DNA from: a virus
Strand: one strand, 5' to 3'
Virus record (IMG/VR): IMGVR_UViG_3300010939_000064
Coordinates: 1 to 64,000 of that record
DNA length: 64,000 nt
Below are positions 53,157 through 61,988 of the stretch, one piece after another. The stretch's first letter is position 1. Each line of letters starts with the position of its first letter. The notes beneath the pieces are model-generated. The model was not told the DNA's origin, searched no databases, and saw only the letters and a program-made list of their open reading frames with translations. A program made the translations under genes and the position numbers.

Positions 53157-54125
53157 ATGGATAAAAATCAAGCTTTGCAAAATATTGCAAAGAAAGGGAA
53201 AACAGAGGTCGCTGTTCTTGAAACTGAGTTAACAGAAATTATTTCGCAAATGCCGGATTCACCTGACAGAGAACGCCTAGCAATGAGAGAGTTAAACAAC
53301 AGGTATAGCGGTCCACCAGACAAAACAGTTAAGTTTGATGTGTGTATAGTTGGATTGTACAATCTCACTGACTTTAACAGAAAAGCTACAAAGACAGCAA
53401 TGGACGCATATAAGGCTGATAAAGAGGGAACTCTTGAAAGAGGCATGGTACAACTTATTGATGGTGAACCAGTTGCCATTGATTTAAAGGAAACCTTTGG
53501 TGATAATATTAAGAACAATAACTATGGTAAACCATTAGGACATAGTTATAATAGAAATGTTCTTGTTTTAGCCAAAGAAGATGGTACACTTGAATGGAAA
53601 ATGTCTACGATAGCATTGAGAGGCGATTTTTCATCAACAAGTTTGCCTGAAATGCATAAAGTACTAAAGTGTAATCTATTAGGAGAAATAGTAAAAGAAC
53701 TTAAAACAGCAAAAAGTACTAAGTTTACTGTTTCAGATGAAGCTGTAGATTTTAATACGGTATTAACTGATATAGCAAAAGATCATATTGTTATGTTAGG
53801 TGACTGTTTAACTGAAGCAAAAAAACACGACAAGAAAGAAAAAGGTTTCTATAATAGATTTGTTATTACATCTGGTGAATGTAGATTTATGAATGATCCA
53901 AAGAAAGAAGGTGGAAACTTCAATGGAACATTTGATGACTTTACAACAGATAAGATGATAACAGCATTTGTTGATCCAGCATTAGGTAAACCTGATATTG
54001 GATCTGAATATACATTGATTGCGCAGACATCTGTTAAGAAGGAACAAAAAAAGAATGATGCGGGAGAATACGTTGACACTGATGAGGATGCACTCATCAT
54101 GAATGTTATGGGATATTATTCCTAA
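53157..54125 (+). CDS. hypothetical replication-module protein (possible ssDNA-binding protein by position)
   Basis: 322 aa, first gene of the replication cluster. AAGGAGA upstream and a T10 terminator downstream. Confidence 0.3.
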   Translation: MDKNQALQNIAKKGKTEVAVLETELTEIISQMPDSPDRERLAMRELNNRYSGPPDKTVKFDVCIVGLYNLTDFNRKATKTAMDAYKADKEGTLERGMVQLIDGEPVAIDLKETFGDNIKNNNYGKPLGHSYNRNVLVLAKEDGTLEWKMSTIALRGDFSSTSLPEMHKVLKCNLLGEIVKELKTAKSTKFTVSDEAVDFNTVLTDIAKDHIVMLGDCLTEAKKHDKKEKGFYNRFVITSGECRFMNDPKKEGGNFNGTFDDFTTDKMITAFVDPALGKPDIGSEYTLIAQTSVKKEQKKNDAGEYVDTDEDALIMNVMGYYS

Positions 54126-54131
54126 CATTCC

Positions 54132-54141
54132 TTTTTTTTTT
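54132..54141 (+). terminator. oligo-T tract (T10)
   Basis: CCTAACATTCC followed by T10 right after stop 54125. Confidence 0.45.
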
Positions 54142-54149
54142 AGAAAAAC

Positions 54150-54977
54150 ATGTCAGCTAATATTGAGACGACGCAAAGTACATCAGAAAAGTATGATATA
54201 GATACTTTATTTGAAAATGCGCACGCACAACAAGAAAAGAATCCATATATAAGTTGTATATTTTGGGGACCGCCAGAATCTGGTAAAACGTATACTGCGT
54301 TATCGTTTCCTGGACCGATCCATTATGTTGATTTAGATGGTGGATTAGATTTAAATCTAAAATACTATAAAGATAAAGATATTCAACGCATTAGGTGCAT
54401 TAGTTTGGATGACGATAAAGAGAATCTTGCAGATCCAAAAGATTATGATGGATTCAAGGTTGATCCAATTAATACATTAAGGAATTTTGATGTTGCGTGT
54501 ACAGTACTTCAACAGAAAAAAGGTGGTACAGTTGTTGTCGATACAATGACAGCGTATAATGAGTGGCTTAAAGCATTGATGACTGCCAGAATTCCTAAAC
54601 ATATAAACAAAGAAGGACAAGAATATGTGGACCAATTCGATTGGAAATATGTCAATCAAAAATGGTTATGGTCTTGGGAGAAACTAAAGAATATATCGGC
54701 AAATTTAGTAGTTACCGCAAAATCTAAACCTGTATATCAAGGTAGAGACATTACTGAAAATATTGAAGCAGATTTACGGCCTAATACAGGATTTCAGACT
54801 GCGATTAATGTTGAGTTTACTAAAGATGTTTCACAGGCACAAGATGGGAAAGTAACCACTGTACGAAAAGCTAAATTTAATAAATTTAGAGGTAATAAAC
54901 TTGGATCTACATATAGTATTGAAAATCTTACATATGATAAGATAATGGATATTCTTAAGGCAGAAAAACAAGTATGA
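54150..54977 (+). CDS. RecA-like ATPase (AAA_24 / Sak4-like)
   Basis: Walker A is CIFWGPPESGKTYTAL and Walker B is TVVVDTMTAY. Confidence 0.55.
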   Translation: MSANIETTQSTSEKYDIDTLFENAHAQQEKNPYISCIFWGPPESGKTYTALSFPGPIHYVDLDGGLDLNLKYYKDKDIQRIRCISLDDDKENLADPKDYDGFKVDPINTLRNFDVACTVLQQKKGGTVVVDTMTAYNEWLKALMTARIPKHINKEGQEYVDQFDWKYVNQKWLWSWEKLKNISANLVVTAKSKPVYQGRDITENIEADLRPNTGFQTAINVEFTKDVSQAQDGKVTTVRKAKFNKFRGNKLGSTYSIENLTYDKIMDILKAEKQV

Positions 54978-55558
54978 GTAATATTTTAGATAATTATAAT
55001 AAAGATAATAAATTACTTTTACCTAAGGGTATGTTAAATAATTTTATGGCAAAAATTAACATACCTAAAGATAAAAGTAAATGTTGGATATGGATGGCGT
55101 CGTTAAACAATGGATATGGTACTTTTAGTACATATGGACTTACTGGTAAATTTGTTCATAGAATTATGTATGAACTAATTAAAGGAAGGATTAAAGAATC
55201 TTACACAATAGATCATTTATGTAGTAATAAATTATGTGTAAATCCAGAGCATTTAGAACAAGTAACTCGTGATGAGAATTTATTGAGGGGCAACGGCGAT
55301 TTAACTCACGCTGGATTTTGTTCCAAAGGTCATAAAAGAACATTAGATAATATTTATATTACACCAAGTACTGGTGCAACTAGGTGTCGTAAATGTAAAG
55401 GAATTTATCATCCGGAAAGAAAAGATTTTGTTAATAATAAAGATAAAACTTATTGTAAAAGAGGACATGAGTTTACTAAAGAAAATACTTATTTAAGATC
55501 AAATGGTGGACGACAGTGTAGAACATGTATGAGTTTAAGAAATAAAGGATTAATATGA
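54974..55558 (+). CDS. HNH homing endonuclease, paralog 2 of 5
   Basis: YTIDHLCSNKLCVNPEHLEQVTRDENLLRG plus two C..GH...C..C modules. Confidence 0.8.
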   Translation: MSNILDNYNKDNKLLLPKGMLNNFMAKINIPKDKSKCWIWMASLNNGYGTFSTYGLTGKFVHRIMYELIKGRIKESYTIDHLCSNKLCVNPEHLEQVTRDENLLRGNGDLTHAGFCSKGHKRTLDNIYITPSTGATRCRKCKGIYHPERKDFVNNKDKTYCKRGHEFTKENTYLRSNGGRQCRTCMSLRNKGLI

Positions 55559-58116
55559 TAGATATATATAGAAAAGTACACACAGGAATTAGTTTCTCTA
55601 CTAAAGGAAGACCTATTTTAGATATTTTCTCTAGAGATAAAGATAATAATAGGGGTACTATTAAAATATTAGATTTACCAATATATTTCTACTTAAAAGA
55701 AGATGAGTATATTGAAGAAATAGATAGAAAATCAAGTATTATTGGTGAATATTATGGATATATGAGTTTATATGGAGAAAAACTTAAGAAAGTTAAAGTT
55801 AAAAAAATATCAGATATGCGTAGATTAGGTAAAATATATCATGGTTATGAGTCAGATATTAATTGGAGTAAAAAATGTATGTTAGATTTACAAATTACTG
55901 ATAAGTTTCTTTATCATGAAGGAAAAGCTTATACTCTTGATCCTAGATTTAATGCATTAAAAGATAAACAGATGGAGGTATTGACAGATGATGGATTATC
56001 AATATCTACTACTGTCGAGAGTAATGTGGATAAATTACTTATATCAAAAGCGTTAGAAGAAGAAGGTGATTTACATAATTATAAACCAAAGATTGGAACT
56101 GAACCATTTGAGGTTAGATACGGAATTTTTGATATCGAAGTTGTTGTTAATAAAAGAGAGGATCTTAAAACTTATAATGGTAAAATAGTTTGTGTTGTTA
56201 TTTATGATTCTTATACTAAATTGTATCATAAATTAAAATTAGATCTTAGTGAAAAAGATTTTATTAAGACAGTTTTAAGTAAATTCCGTGAATTAGATTT
56301 TGATATTATAAGTGGATGGAATGTTAAATTTGATATGGGGTGGCTTATAAATAAAGCTGAAGATTATAATTTAGATTTAAGTATTTATTTTCCTGGAGGT
56401 AAAACTTTTATTAGTAAGTATACTGACCATGAAGGTAAATTTAAAGAAAGTTTTTATATTGGTGGACGGGTTCTTCTTGATGGAATGGATTTATATATTA
56501 AGAAAACCGCTACAACTGAAAAGCTTAATTCTTATAATTTAAAGTCTGTTGCTGCTGCTGAAAAGTTACCTGAATGGACAGATTTAGGTGGTCAAGTTAA
56601 AGAAATATGGGAAAATAATCCTAATCTAATTTTAGACTACTGTAAAATAGATGTTGAAAGAACTATGCAAATTATTGAAAAGAAGGATTTACTTGGTGGT
56701 GCCCTTACTATTTGTAAATTTTATGGCTGTGGATTTGAAGATGTTACTGTTAATTCTAAAATTATTGATTGTCTTAGTTTTTTGCTTAAAAAGAATCGTA
56801 TTCTTCCTAATATTATTAGAGGTCGAGAAAAAGCTAAAATTACAGGAGCAAAAGTTCTTGGTACAAAAGCCGGTGTACATAAGAATGTAGGTGTACTTGA
56901 TGCTGCTAGTTTGTATCCAAGTATTATTCAAGGTTTGAATATTTCTCCTGAATGTTTAGTTTATGAAAAGGATTTATCTGAAGATAGGCGTATACATTGT
57001 ATTACTGTGGATTCTTATACTGCTAAACATTATTTGTACAAAAAAGAATATAAAGTAGGATTAATGACTGAAGTTATTCAAGAGATGAGAAAATTAAGGG
57101 AAGAAATTAGATCCAATAGAGCGCAAGCAACTAAAGATAATGATACAGAAAAATTTACTCTTCACAATAATGAAGAAAAAGTAGCTAAAGGAGTTCTTGC
57201 TTCTGTTTATGGTGTTATGGGATTTAATGGATTTAGATTATTTAATGAAGATTGTGCTAATATTATCACTAAAGTTGCACGTGATACTGTTTTAATGACT
57301 GCTGAAAAGTTAGAATCAGATCGTTTTCATGTTATTGCAGGTGATACAGATTCATTATTTGTTCAAATGAATAATGTTAACGATGGATTTATTGCTGCTG
57401 ATATAATAGATAAAATGGCTGTAGACTATATGAAAAAATTAGGTATAAATGAATCTATAATTAAAGTTAATTATGAGAAGTTCTTTAAATGGATTATGTT
57501 TAGTAAAAAAGTTTCTAAAAAAAGAAAAACAAAATTATATAAAGTAGATGAAGGTTCAGCTAAAAAGAGATATATTGGATTTATTAGTCATGTTGAAAGT
57601 GGTCCACGAGAAATGAAGGAAGTTAATGAGTTATATTATAAAGGATTTGAATTACGTAGAAGTGATAGCGCAAAAGTTTTGAAAGATGTTATGCGCAAAT
57701 TTTTTAATCTTATGGAAGACGGTAATTATAAGTTAGCTGTTAAATATTTAAGAGATGTTAAAGATGCATTTCATGGTTATACAATGGATTATGTTTCTAT
57801 GCCTAGATCAGTTAATGTTGAAGACGCTAAGGGTCCATGGGCTGACGGATATAGATACGCGAAGACAGAACTTAAATTTGAATTTGAACCTGAAACTATG
57901 CCTAAACTTATTTATGTTAAAAATCAATTTAAATATCCTAAGACTAAAGTTATCTGTTATCAAGATGGACATGCTATACCACCAGAGTTTAAGATTGATT
58001 ATGATACTATGTTTGATAAGATTATTAAAGCTAAGTTTGAACCTATTCTCGAATCATTAGGAACCTATTGGGATGTATCTATCAATAACCAAGTTGCGTT
58101 AGATCAGTGGTGTTAA
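55555..58116 (+). CDS. polB: family B DNA polymerase
   Basis: Exo I YGIFDIEVV, Exo II ISGWNVKFDMGWL, Exo III YCKIDVERT, motif A VLDAASLYPSII, motif B KGVLASVYGVMG and motif C VIAGDTDSLFV. Confidence 0.9.
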   Translation: MIDIYRKVHTGISFSTKGRPILDIFSRDKDNNRGTIKILDLPIYFYLKEDEYIEEIDRKSSIIGEYYGYMSLYGEKLKKVKVKKISDMRRLGKIYHGYESDINWSKKCMLDLQITDKFLYHEGKAYTLDPRFNALKDKQMEVLTDDGLSISTTVESNVDKLLISKALEEEGDLHNYKPKIGTEPFEVRYGIFDIEVVVNKREDLKTYNGKIVCVVIYDSYTKLYHKLKLDLSEKDFIKTVLSKFRELDFDIISGWNVKFDMGWLINKAEDYNLDLSIYFPGGKTFISKYTDHEGKFKESFYIGGRVLLDGMDLYIKKTATTEKLNSYNLKSVAAAEKLPEWTDLGGQVKEIWENNPNLILDYCKIDVERTMQIIEKKDLLGGALTICKFYGCGFEDVTVNSKIIDCLSFLLKKNRILPNIIRGREKAKITGAKVLGTKAGVHKNVGVLDAASLYPSIIQGLNISPECLVYEKDLSEDRRIHCITVDSYTAKHYLYKKEYKVGLMTEVIQEMRKLREEIRSNRAQATKDNDTEKFTLHNNEEKVAKGVLASVYGVMGFNGFRLFNEDCANIITKVARDTVLMTAEKLESDRFHVIAGDTDSLFVQMNNVNDGFIAADIIDKMAVDYMKKLGINESIIKVNYEKFFKWIMFSKKVSKKRKTKLYKVDEGSAKKRYIGFISHVESGPREMKEVNELYYKGFELRRSDSAKVLKDVMRKFFNLMEDGNYKLAVKYLRDVKDAFHGYTMDYVSMPRSVNVEDAKGPWADGYRYAKTELKFEFEPETMPKLIYVKNQFKYPKTKVICYQDGHAIPPEFKIDYDTMFDKIIKAKFEPILESLGTYWDVSINNQVALDQWC

Positions 58117-58118
58117 TA

Positions 58119-58712
58119 ATGACTAAATATGATAATGTAAATAAATTAGTTTTACCATGTGATGTATTAGATAAATTTATTAAAAAATTAATAATTCCTA
58201 AAGATATAACACAATGTTGGTTGTGGAAAGGAATACATTCGCCAAAAGGATATGCAAGATGGAGTACTTGTTATTCTAAAAGCGCACATGTAAGTAGGAT
58301 AATTTATGAATTAATATTTGAAAGAATAGAAGAAAAATTAGTTATAGATCATTTATGTTGTAATAAAAGTTGTGTAAATCCTAATCATTTAGAAATTGTA
58401 ACAATGGGAGAAAATACAAAAAGAGGTAATACTAAATTGAGACATAATGATTATTGTAAAAATGGGCATAAAAGAACTTTAGATAATATTTATATACGTA
58501 AAAATGGATTTGTGCAATGTCGTAAGTGTTTAGGAATCTATCATCCTGATAGATTAGATAGAAAACCAGGTATTAATCATAATACTTTTAAAACTATATG
58601 TATAAGAGGACATAAATTTGATGAACAAAATACAGGATTTAATAAAGATGGAAGTAGGTACTGTAAATCGTGTAAATCGTTAAGTAATAAAGGAATGTTA
58701 ACAACATTATGA
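58119..58712 (+). CDS. HNH homing endonuclease, paralog 3 of 5
   Basis: LVIDHLCCNKSCVNPNHLEIVTMGENTKRG. The likely start is ATG 58119 (MTKYDNVNKLVLP), as in the paralogs. The track start GTG 58107 lies inside polB. Confidence 0.8.
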   Translation: MTKYDNVNKLVLPCDVLDKFIKKLIIPKDITQCWLWKGIHSPKGYARWSTCYSKSAHVSRIIYELIFERIEEKLVIDHLCCNKSCVNPNHLEIVTMGENTKRGNTKLRHNDYCKNGHKRTLDNIYIRKNGFVQCRKCLGIYHPDRLDRKPGINHNTFKTICIRGHKFDEQNTGFNKDGSRYCKSCKSLSNKGMLTTL

Positions 58713-58750
58713 TGATTAATAACCAAGTGACACTGGATGTATGGGCGTAA
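58712..58750 (+). pseudogene. diverged duplicate of the polB 3' end
   Basis: ATG ATT AAT AAC CAA GTG ACA CTG GAT GTA TGG GCG TAA (MINNQVTLDVWA*) compared with the polB end ..INNQVALDQWC*. Confidence 0.55.
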
Positions 58751-59061
58751 CTAAAGAAGACTATGAGAAAATTACTAAATGGAAAACAACTACTCCTGCG
58801 AAAGTCTTTAGTAGAGGTACTGGACTTGGTACTAGTAAAGCTGCCATTAGAGAAATGGCTCATCAAATTAGGAAAAATAGAATAAAAGAATTGTATATTA
58901 ATGTTTTACGCGGAATGCGAGATAGTTATCTTGCAAAAGGGGATTTTTTTTCTGCAGCATGTAGTGCTCAATTGTTAGCAGCATGGACTATAGAATTTCC
59001 AAAGTCTCAAAGTATTGGTATTGGACAGTTAGACGTGCTTATAAGGAAATATTTTAGATGA
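58741..59061 (+). CDS. hypothetical protein
   Basis: 106-aa ORF. Confidence 0.5.
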   Translation: MGVTKEDYEKITKWKTTTPAKVFSRGTGLGTSKAAIREMAHQIRKNRIKELYINVLRGMRDSYLAKGDFFSAACSAQLLAAWTIEFPKSQSIGIGQLDVLIRKYFR

Positions 59062-59468
59062 TTAATAAGATTTATTTTGATGGTGGAAGTTCACTTCACG
59101 TGATATGTGTTTTTGATGAGAATCGAAATATATCTATTACCGAAGAAATAAATACACCAAGAACAAATAATGAATTAGAGTATCTTGCTTTAGTAAAGGC
59201 TGTTAAGTACGCTAGAAATTATTATCAAAGATTAGATAAAGTTTTATTTTTAGGTGACAGTGAATTAATAATTAAACAAATGATTGGTGAATATAAGGTT
59301 AAACGGATTCATTTAAAAAAATTGTATGATAATGCTATTAGAGAGATGAATATTGTATCATTGAATAATTTTGAATCTCATTTTAAATGGATTCCAAGAA
59401 GCGAGAATTTAGCTGGTATTGTTTTGGAAAAAATGTTAAATAAAATAAAGACCGAAAGAAATGGTTAA
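59058..59468 (+). CDS. ribonuclease H (type 1)
   Basis: IYFDGGS....TNNELEYLALVKAVKYA.....FLGDSELIIKQM......WIPRSENLAG gives the D-E-D layout of RNase HI. Confidence 0.7.
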   Translation: MINKIYFDGGSSLHVICVFDENRNISITEEINTPRTNNELEYLALVKAVKYARNYYQRLDKVLFLGDSELIIKQMIGEYKVKRIHLKKLYDNAIREMNIVSLNNFESHFKWIPRSENLAGIVLEKMLNKIKTERNG

Positions 59469-59571
59469 ATGTTCAGATTGTGATGATACTGGTATTATAG
59501 TTGTTGGTGGATTAAAAACTAGATGCTGGAACTGTTCATCGTTTAAAGGTTGGAATAGAAAAAATGACTGA
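59461..59571 (+). CDS. DnaJ-type CxxCxGxG zinc mini-protein (36 aa)
   Basis: MVKCSDCDDTGIIVVGGLKTRCWNCSSFKGWNRKND. It overlaps both neighbours. Confidence 0.4.
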   Translation: MVKCSDCDDTGIIVVGGLKTRCWNCSSFKGWNRKND

Positions 59572-60010
59572 ATATAATAATAATAATAAAATGATTTTAA
59601 CTGAGAATATGGTAAATAAAATAAGAAATAAAATTATTATTACTCTAAATGGAGATGAATGCTGGGATTGGAAAGGATCTTATAGTAAATCAGGATATGC
59701 AACATTCAATTTAGGATCTGGAATTAGTAATCGTGTTCATAAAATTTTATATGAATTAACTATAGGTAAAGTACCAGAAGGTTTAGAATTAAATCATAAA
59801 TGTTGTAACAGATGGTGTGTTAATGCTGGTCACTTAGAGATAGTTACACATCAAGAGAATCAATTAAAAGGTGGAAGTTTGTTAACTCAAAAAGGATTTT
59901 GTAAAAATGGACATAAAAGAACTATTGAAAATACTTATTTTAAACCTGATAAAACTAGTATTGAATGTAAAGAATGTAATAAAATTAGACAAAAAAATAG
60001 ATATAAATAA
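59564..60010 (+). CDS. HNH homing endonuclease, paralog 4 of 5 (short form with one C-terminal Cys module)
   Basis: LELNHKCCNRWCVNAGHLEIVTHQENQLKG. Confidence 0.75.
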   Translation: MTEYNNNNKMILTENMVNKIRNKIIITLNGDECWDWKGSYSKSGYATFNLGSGISNRVHKILYELTIGKVPEGLELNHKCCNRWCVNAGHLEIVTHQENQLKGGSLLTQKGFCKNGHKRTIENTYFKPDKTSIECKECNKIRQKNRYK

Positions 60011-60019
60011 GTTTAAAGG

Positions 60020-60379
60020 ATGGGGGCATGGAAGATGAATGGAGATATTGGTAGAATCGATCCTGATTTTGATACTATAATTAAAGAATGTATAAAACAA
60101 TTAAAGATTAAATTTCCTAACTACGGAAATACATGGTTAGAGCAAGATGATAAACATTATAAAGAAAGAATTAAAAAAGAGGTTAATGAATATATTGATA
60201 GTATGTCAATAGATTCTGAACGTCGTAAATTATTAAACATAATTAATTTAGCAGCAATGGCTTATCAGACGGCACATGTAAATAGAGCAGATAGACGTAT
60301 ATCAGCTAGATGTCCAAAATGCAGTAAGCCTTTAACATTGCATAACATAAAAGATGGATTTTTTGTATGCCTTGACTGA
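60020..60379 (+). CDS. hypothetical protein (helical N-terminal part, C-terminal Zn-ribbon)
   Basis: ..NTWLEQDDKHYKERIKKEVNEYIDS..LLNIINLAAMAY.. is weakly MazG-like. The C-terminus has ARCPKCSKPL. Confidence 0.3.
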   Translation: MGAWKMNGDIGRIDPDFDTIIKECIKQLKIKFPNYGNTWLEQDDKHYKERIKKEVNEYIDSMSIDSERRKLLNIINLAAMAYQTAHVNRADRRISARCPKCSKPLTLHNIKDGFFVCLD

Positions 60380-60526
60380 TATAGAATCAAATAAAGAAAT
60401 ATGTCCAGACTGTAGTAGTATAATGATTACTGGTGGATATGAATCAAATCTTAAACCAACTGAATTTTATTGTCATTGTGGATATTGTAGAATAGAACAA
60501 GATAAGTTGATAGGAGAATTTAGATA

Positions 60527-60760
60527 TTGAATAAAGTAATTGTAAAGGCAAAAGCTTTTCGTTTTAATTTTGGCAAGACTAGACTGATTTTTAATTTTGG
60601 TTGGTGTAATCTTTCAAAACAGTATAGAATAGATAGAAGTGGATTATTGCCTTATGTCAATGAATCTGAACCTGAAAAAGGTTATGTTGAATTTGCTAGA
60701 TTAGTATTTATGTTTGGTTACTATCAATTAATTGTTACTAAATTAAAAAAGTGGAAATAA
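60527..60760 (+). CDS. hypothetical protein
   Basis: 77-aa ORF with TTG start. Its N-terminus is weakly similar to ORF 63738..63908. Confidence 0.35.
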   Translation: MNKVIVKAKAFRFNFGKTRLIFNFGWCNLSKQYRIDRSGLLPYVNESEPEKGYVEFARLVFMFGYYQLIVTKLKKWK

Positions 60761-60761
60761 A

Positions 60762-61370
60762 ATGACACGTATTATTACTTTTACAGGTGCTCAAGGCACA
60801 GGTAAAACTGCTACTAGAGGAGAACTTGTTAGATGGTTACAGAAACATAAATATTCTGTTATCGATAGATATTCAGGTGTAAAACAAAGTATTGCAAGAG
60901 ATGCTAAACAGTTTGGATTTATTATAAATGAAAAAACTAATTTTGAATCACAGTATTACATTGCTAGTAGATATATTGTTGCAGATATTGAAACGCGAAA
61001 AAATGCTGAACGAAGAAGTGTTGATTTTATAGTTCTAGATAGATCTGTGCTTGATAGTATTCCTTATATTATGGTGGCTACCGCTATTACAATAAGTCAG
61101 AAAGAGGTACTTAAAAACATGTTAATTGATCATTTTGCTTTATTTCCTAGTAGATTACTTTATTGTGAACCGTTAGATTTTGTTACTTGGGATAAAGATA
61201 GATCTACTAATACGAAATTTCAGGATAGTGTTGATGCTGAATTTAGGAATATTCTTATAAAAGCTTCACAATATTCAAATACGTTTATTTTAAAAAGAGG
61301 ATCTATTGAACAACGGTTAAGAGATGTTATTAAGGAACTAGGTATCGAATGTGGAACTATTAGAATTTAA
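60762..61370 (+). CDS. P-loop NTPase, nucleotide/deoxynucleotide kinase-like
   Basis: Walker A is ITFTGAQGTGKTAT. FIVLDRSVLDSIPY resembles the D-R lid region of dNK/AAA_28 kinases. Confidence 0.45.
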   Translation: MTRIITFTGAQGTGKTATRGELVRWLQKHKYSVIDRYSGVKQSIARDAKQFGFIINEKTNFESQYYIASRYIVADIETRKNAERRSVDFIVLDRSVLDSIPYIMVATAITISQKEVLKNMLIDHFALFPSRLLYCEPLDFVTWDKDRSTNTKFQDSVDAEFRNILIKASQYSNTFILKRGSIEQRLRDVIKELGIECGTIRI

Positions 61371-61410
61371 CAAAATTCGTAAGTCATTATTAATGTCATG
61401 GAAAGTGTAA
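61351..61410 (+). pseudogene. diverged duplicate of the 5' end of the Cas4-like nuclease gene
   Basis: VELLEFNKIRKSLLMSWKV* compared with MKELEFNKVRKSLLMSWKVC.. at 61989. The differences are mostly synonymous. Confidence 0.6.
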
Positions 61411-61988
61411 TGCAAAGTTTAAATTATGATAATGAGAATAAATTAATTCTACCTAAATCTACAGTTAAGAGAATTATCAAGAAAATTATAATACCAGAAG
61501 ATATATCGAAATGTTGGGAATGGATCGGCGGTCGCGCACATGAGTATCCGTATATTAGAATAAATAATATAATGAATAAGCCTGTACATAGGATAATGTA
61601 TGAATTAGTGAATGGTAAAATAGAACAGGGATTAGTTATTGATCATGTTTGTAGTAATAAAAATTGTGTAAATCCACAACATTTAGAAGAAGTAACTAAT
61701 CATGAAAATAATCTTAGAGGTAATACTGATTTACAACATGCTGGATATTGTAAAAATGGACATAAGAGAACTCCTGAAAATACGTACATTAGACCAGATG
61801 GACGTGGTACGTATTGTCGTAAATGTGCAGATATATATCATCCAAAAAGGGAAGATTATATTGTAAATAAAGATAAAACACATTGCATTAGAGGACATGA
61901 ATTTACACTAGAAAATACACGTATAAGAAAATATGGTGGAAGACAATGTAAAACGTGTGATATATTACACGCTAAAGGATTAATTTAA
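61410..61988 (+). CDS. HNH homing endonuclease, paralog 5 of 5
   Basis: LVIDHVCSNKNCVNPQHLEEVTNHENNLRG. The likely start is ATG 61410 (MQSLNYDNENKLILP), with TAATG overlap to the fragment stop. The track start is 61398. Confidence 0.8.
   Translation: MQSLNYDNENKLILPKSTVKRIIKKIIIPEDISKCWEWIGGRAHEYPYIRINNIMNKPVHRIMYELVNGKIEQGLVIDHVCSNKNCVNPQHLEEVTNHENNLRGNTDLQHAGYCKNGHKRTPENTYIRPDGRGTYCRKCADIYHPKREDYIVNKDKTHCIRGHEFTLENTRIRKYGGRQCKTCDILHAKGLI

Noticed and set aside
54940-55600. A flanking duplication around the HNH gene at 54974, like those at the other HNH genes. The HNH at 84 was examined in the same way.
   Set aside because: Only an ATGATA..GATA similarity of about 10 nt in AT-rich context was found. 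No aligned peptide is shared between the flanks. For the gene at 84 the upstream neighbour is truncated by the window edge, and no convincing match was seen.
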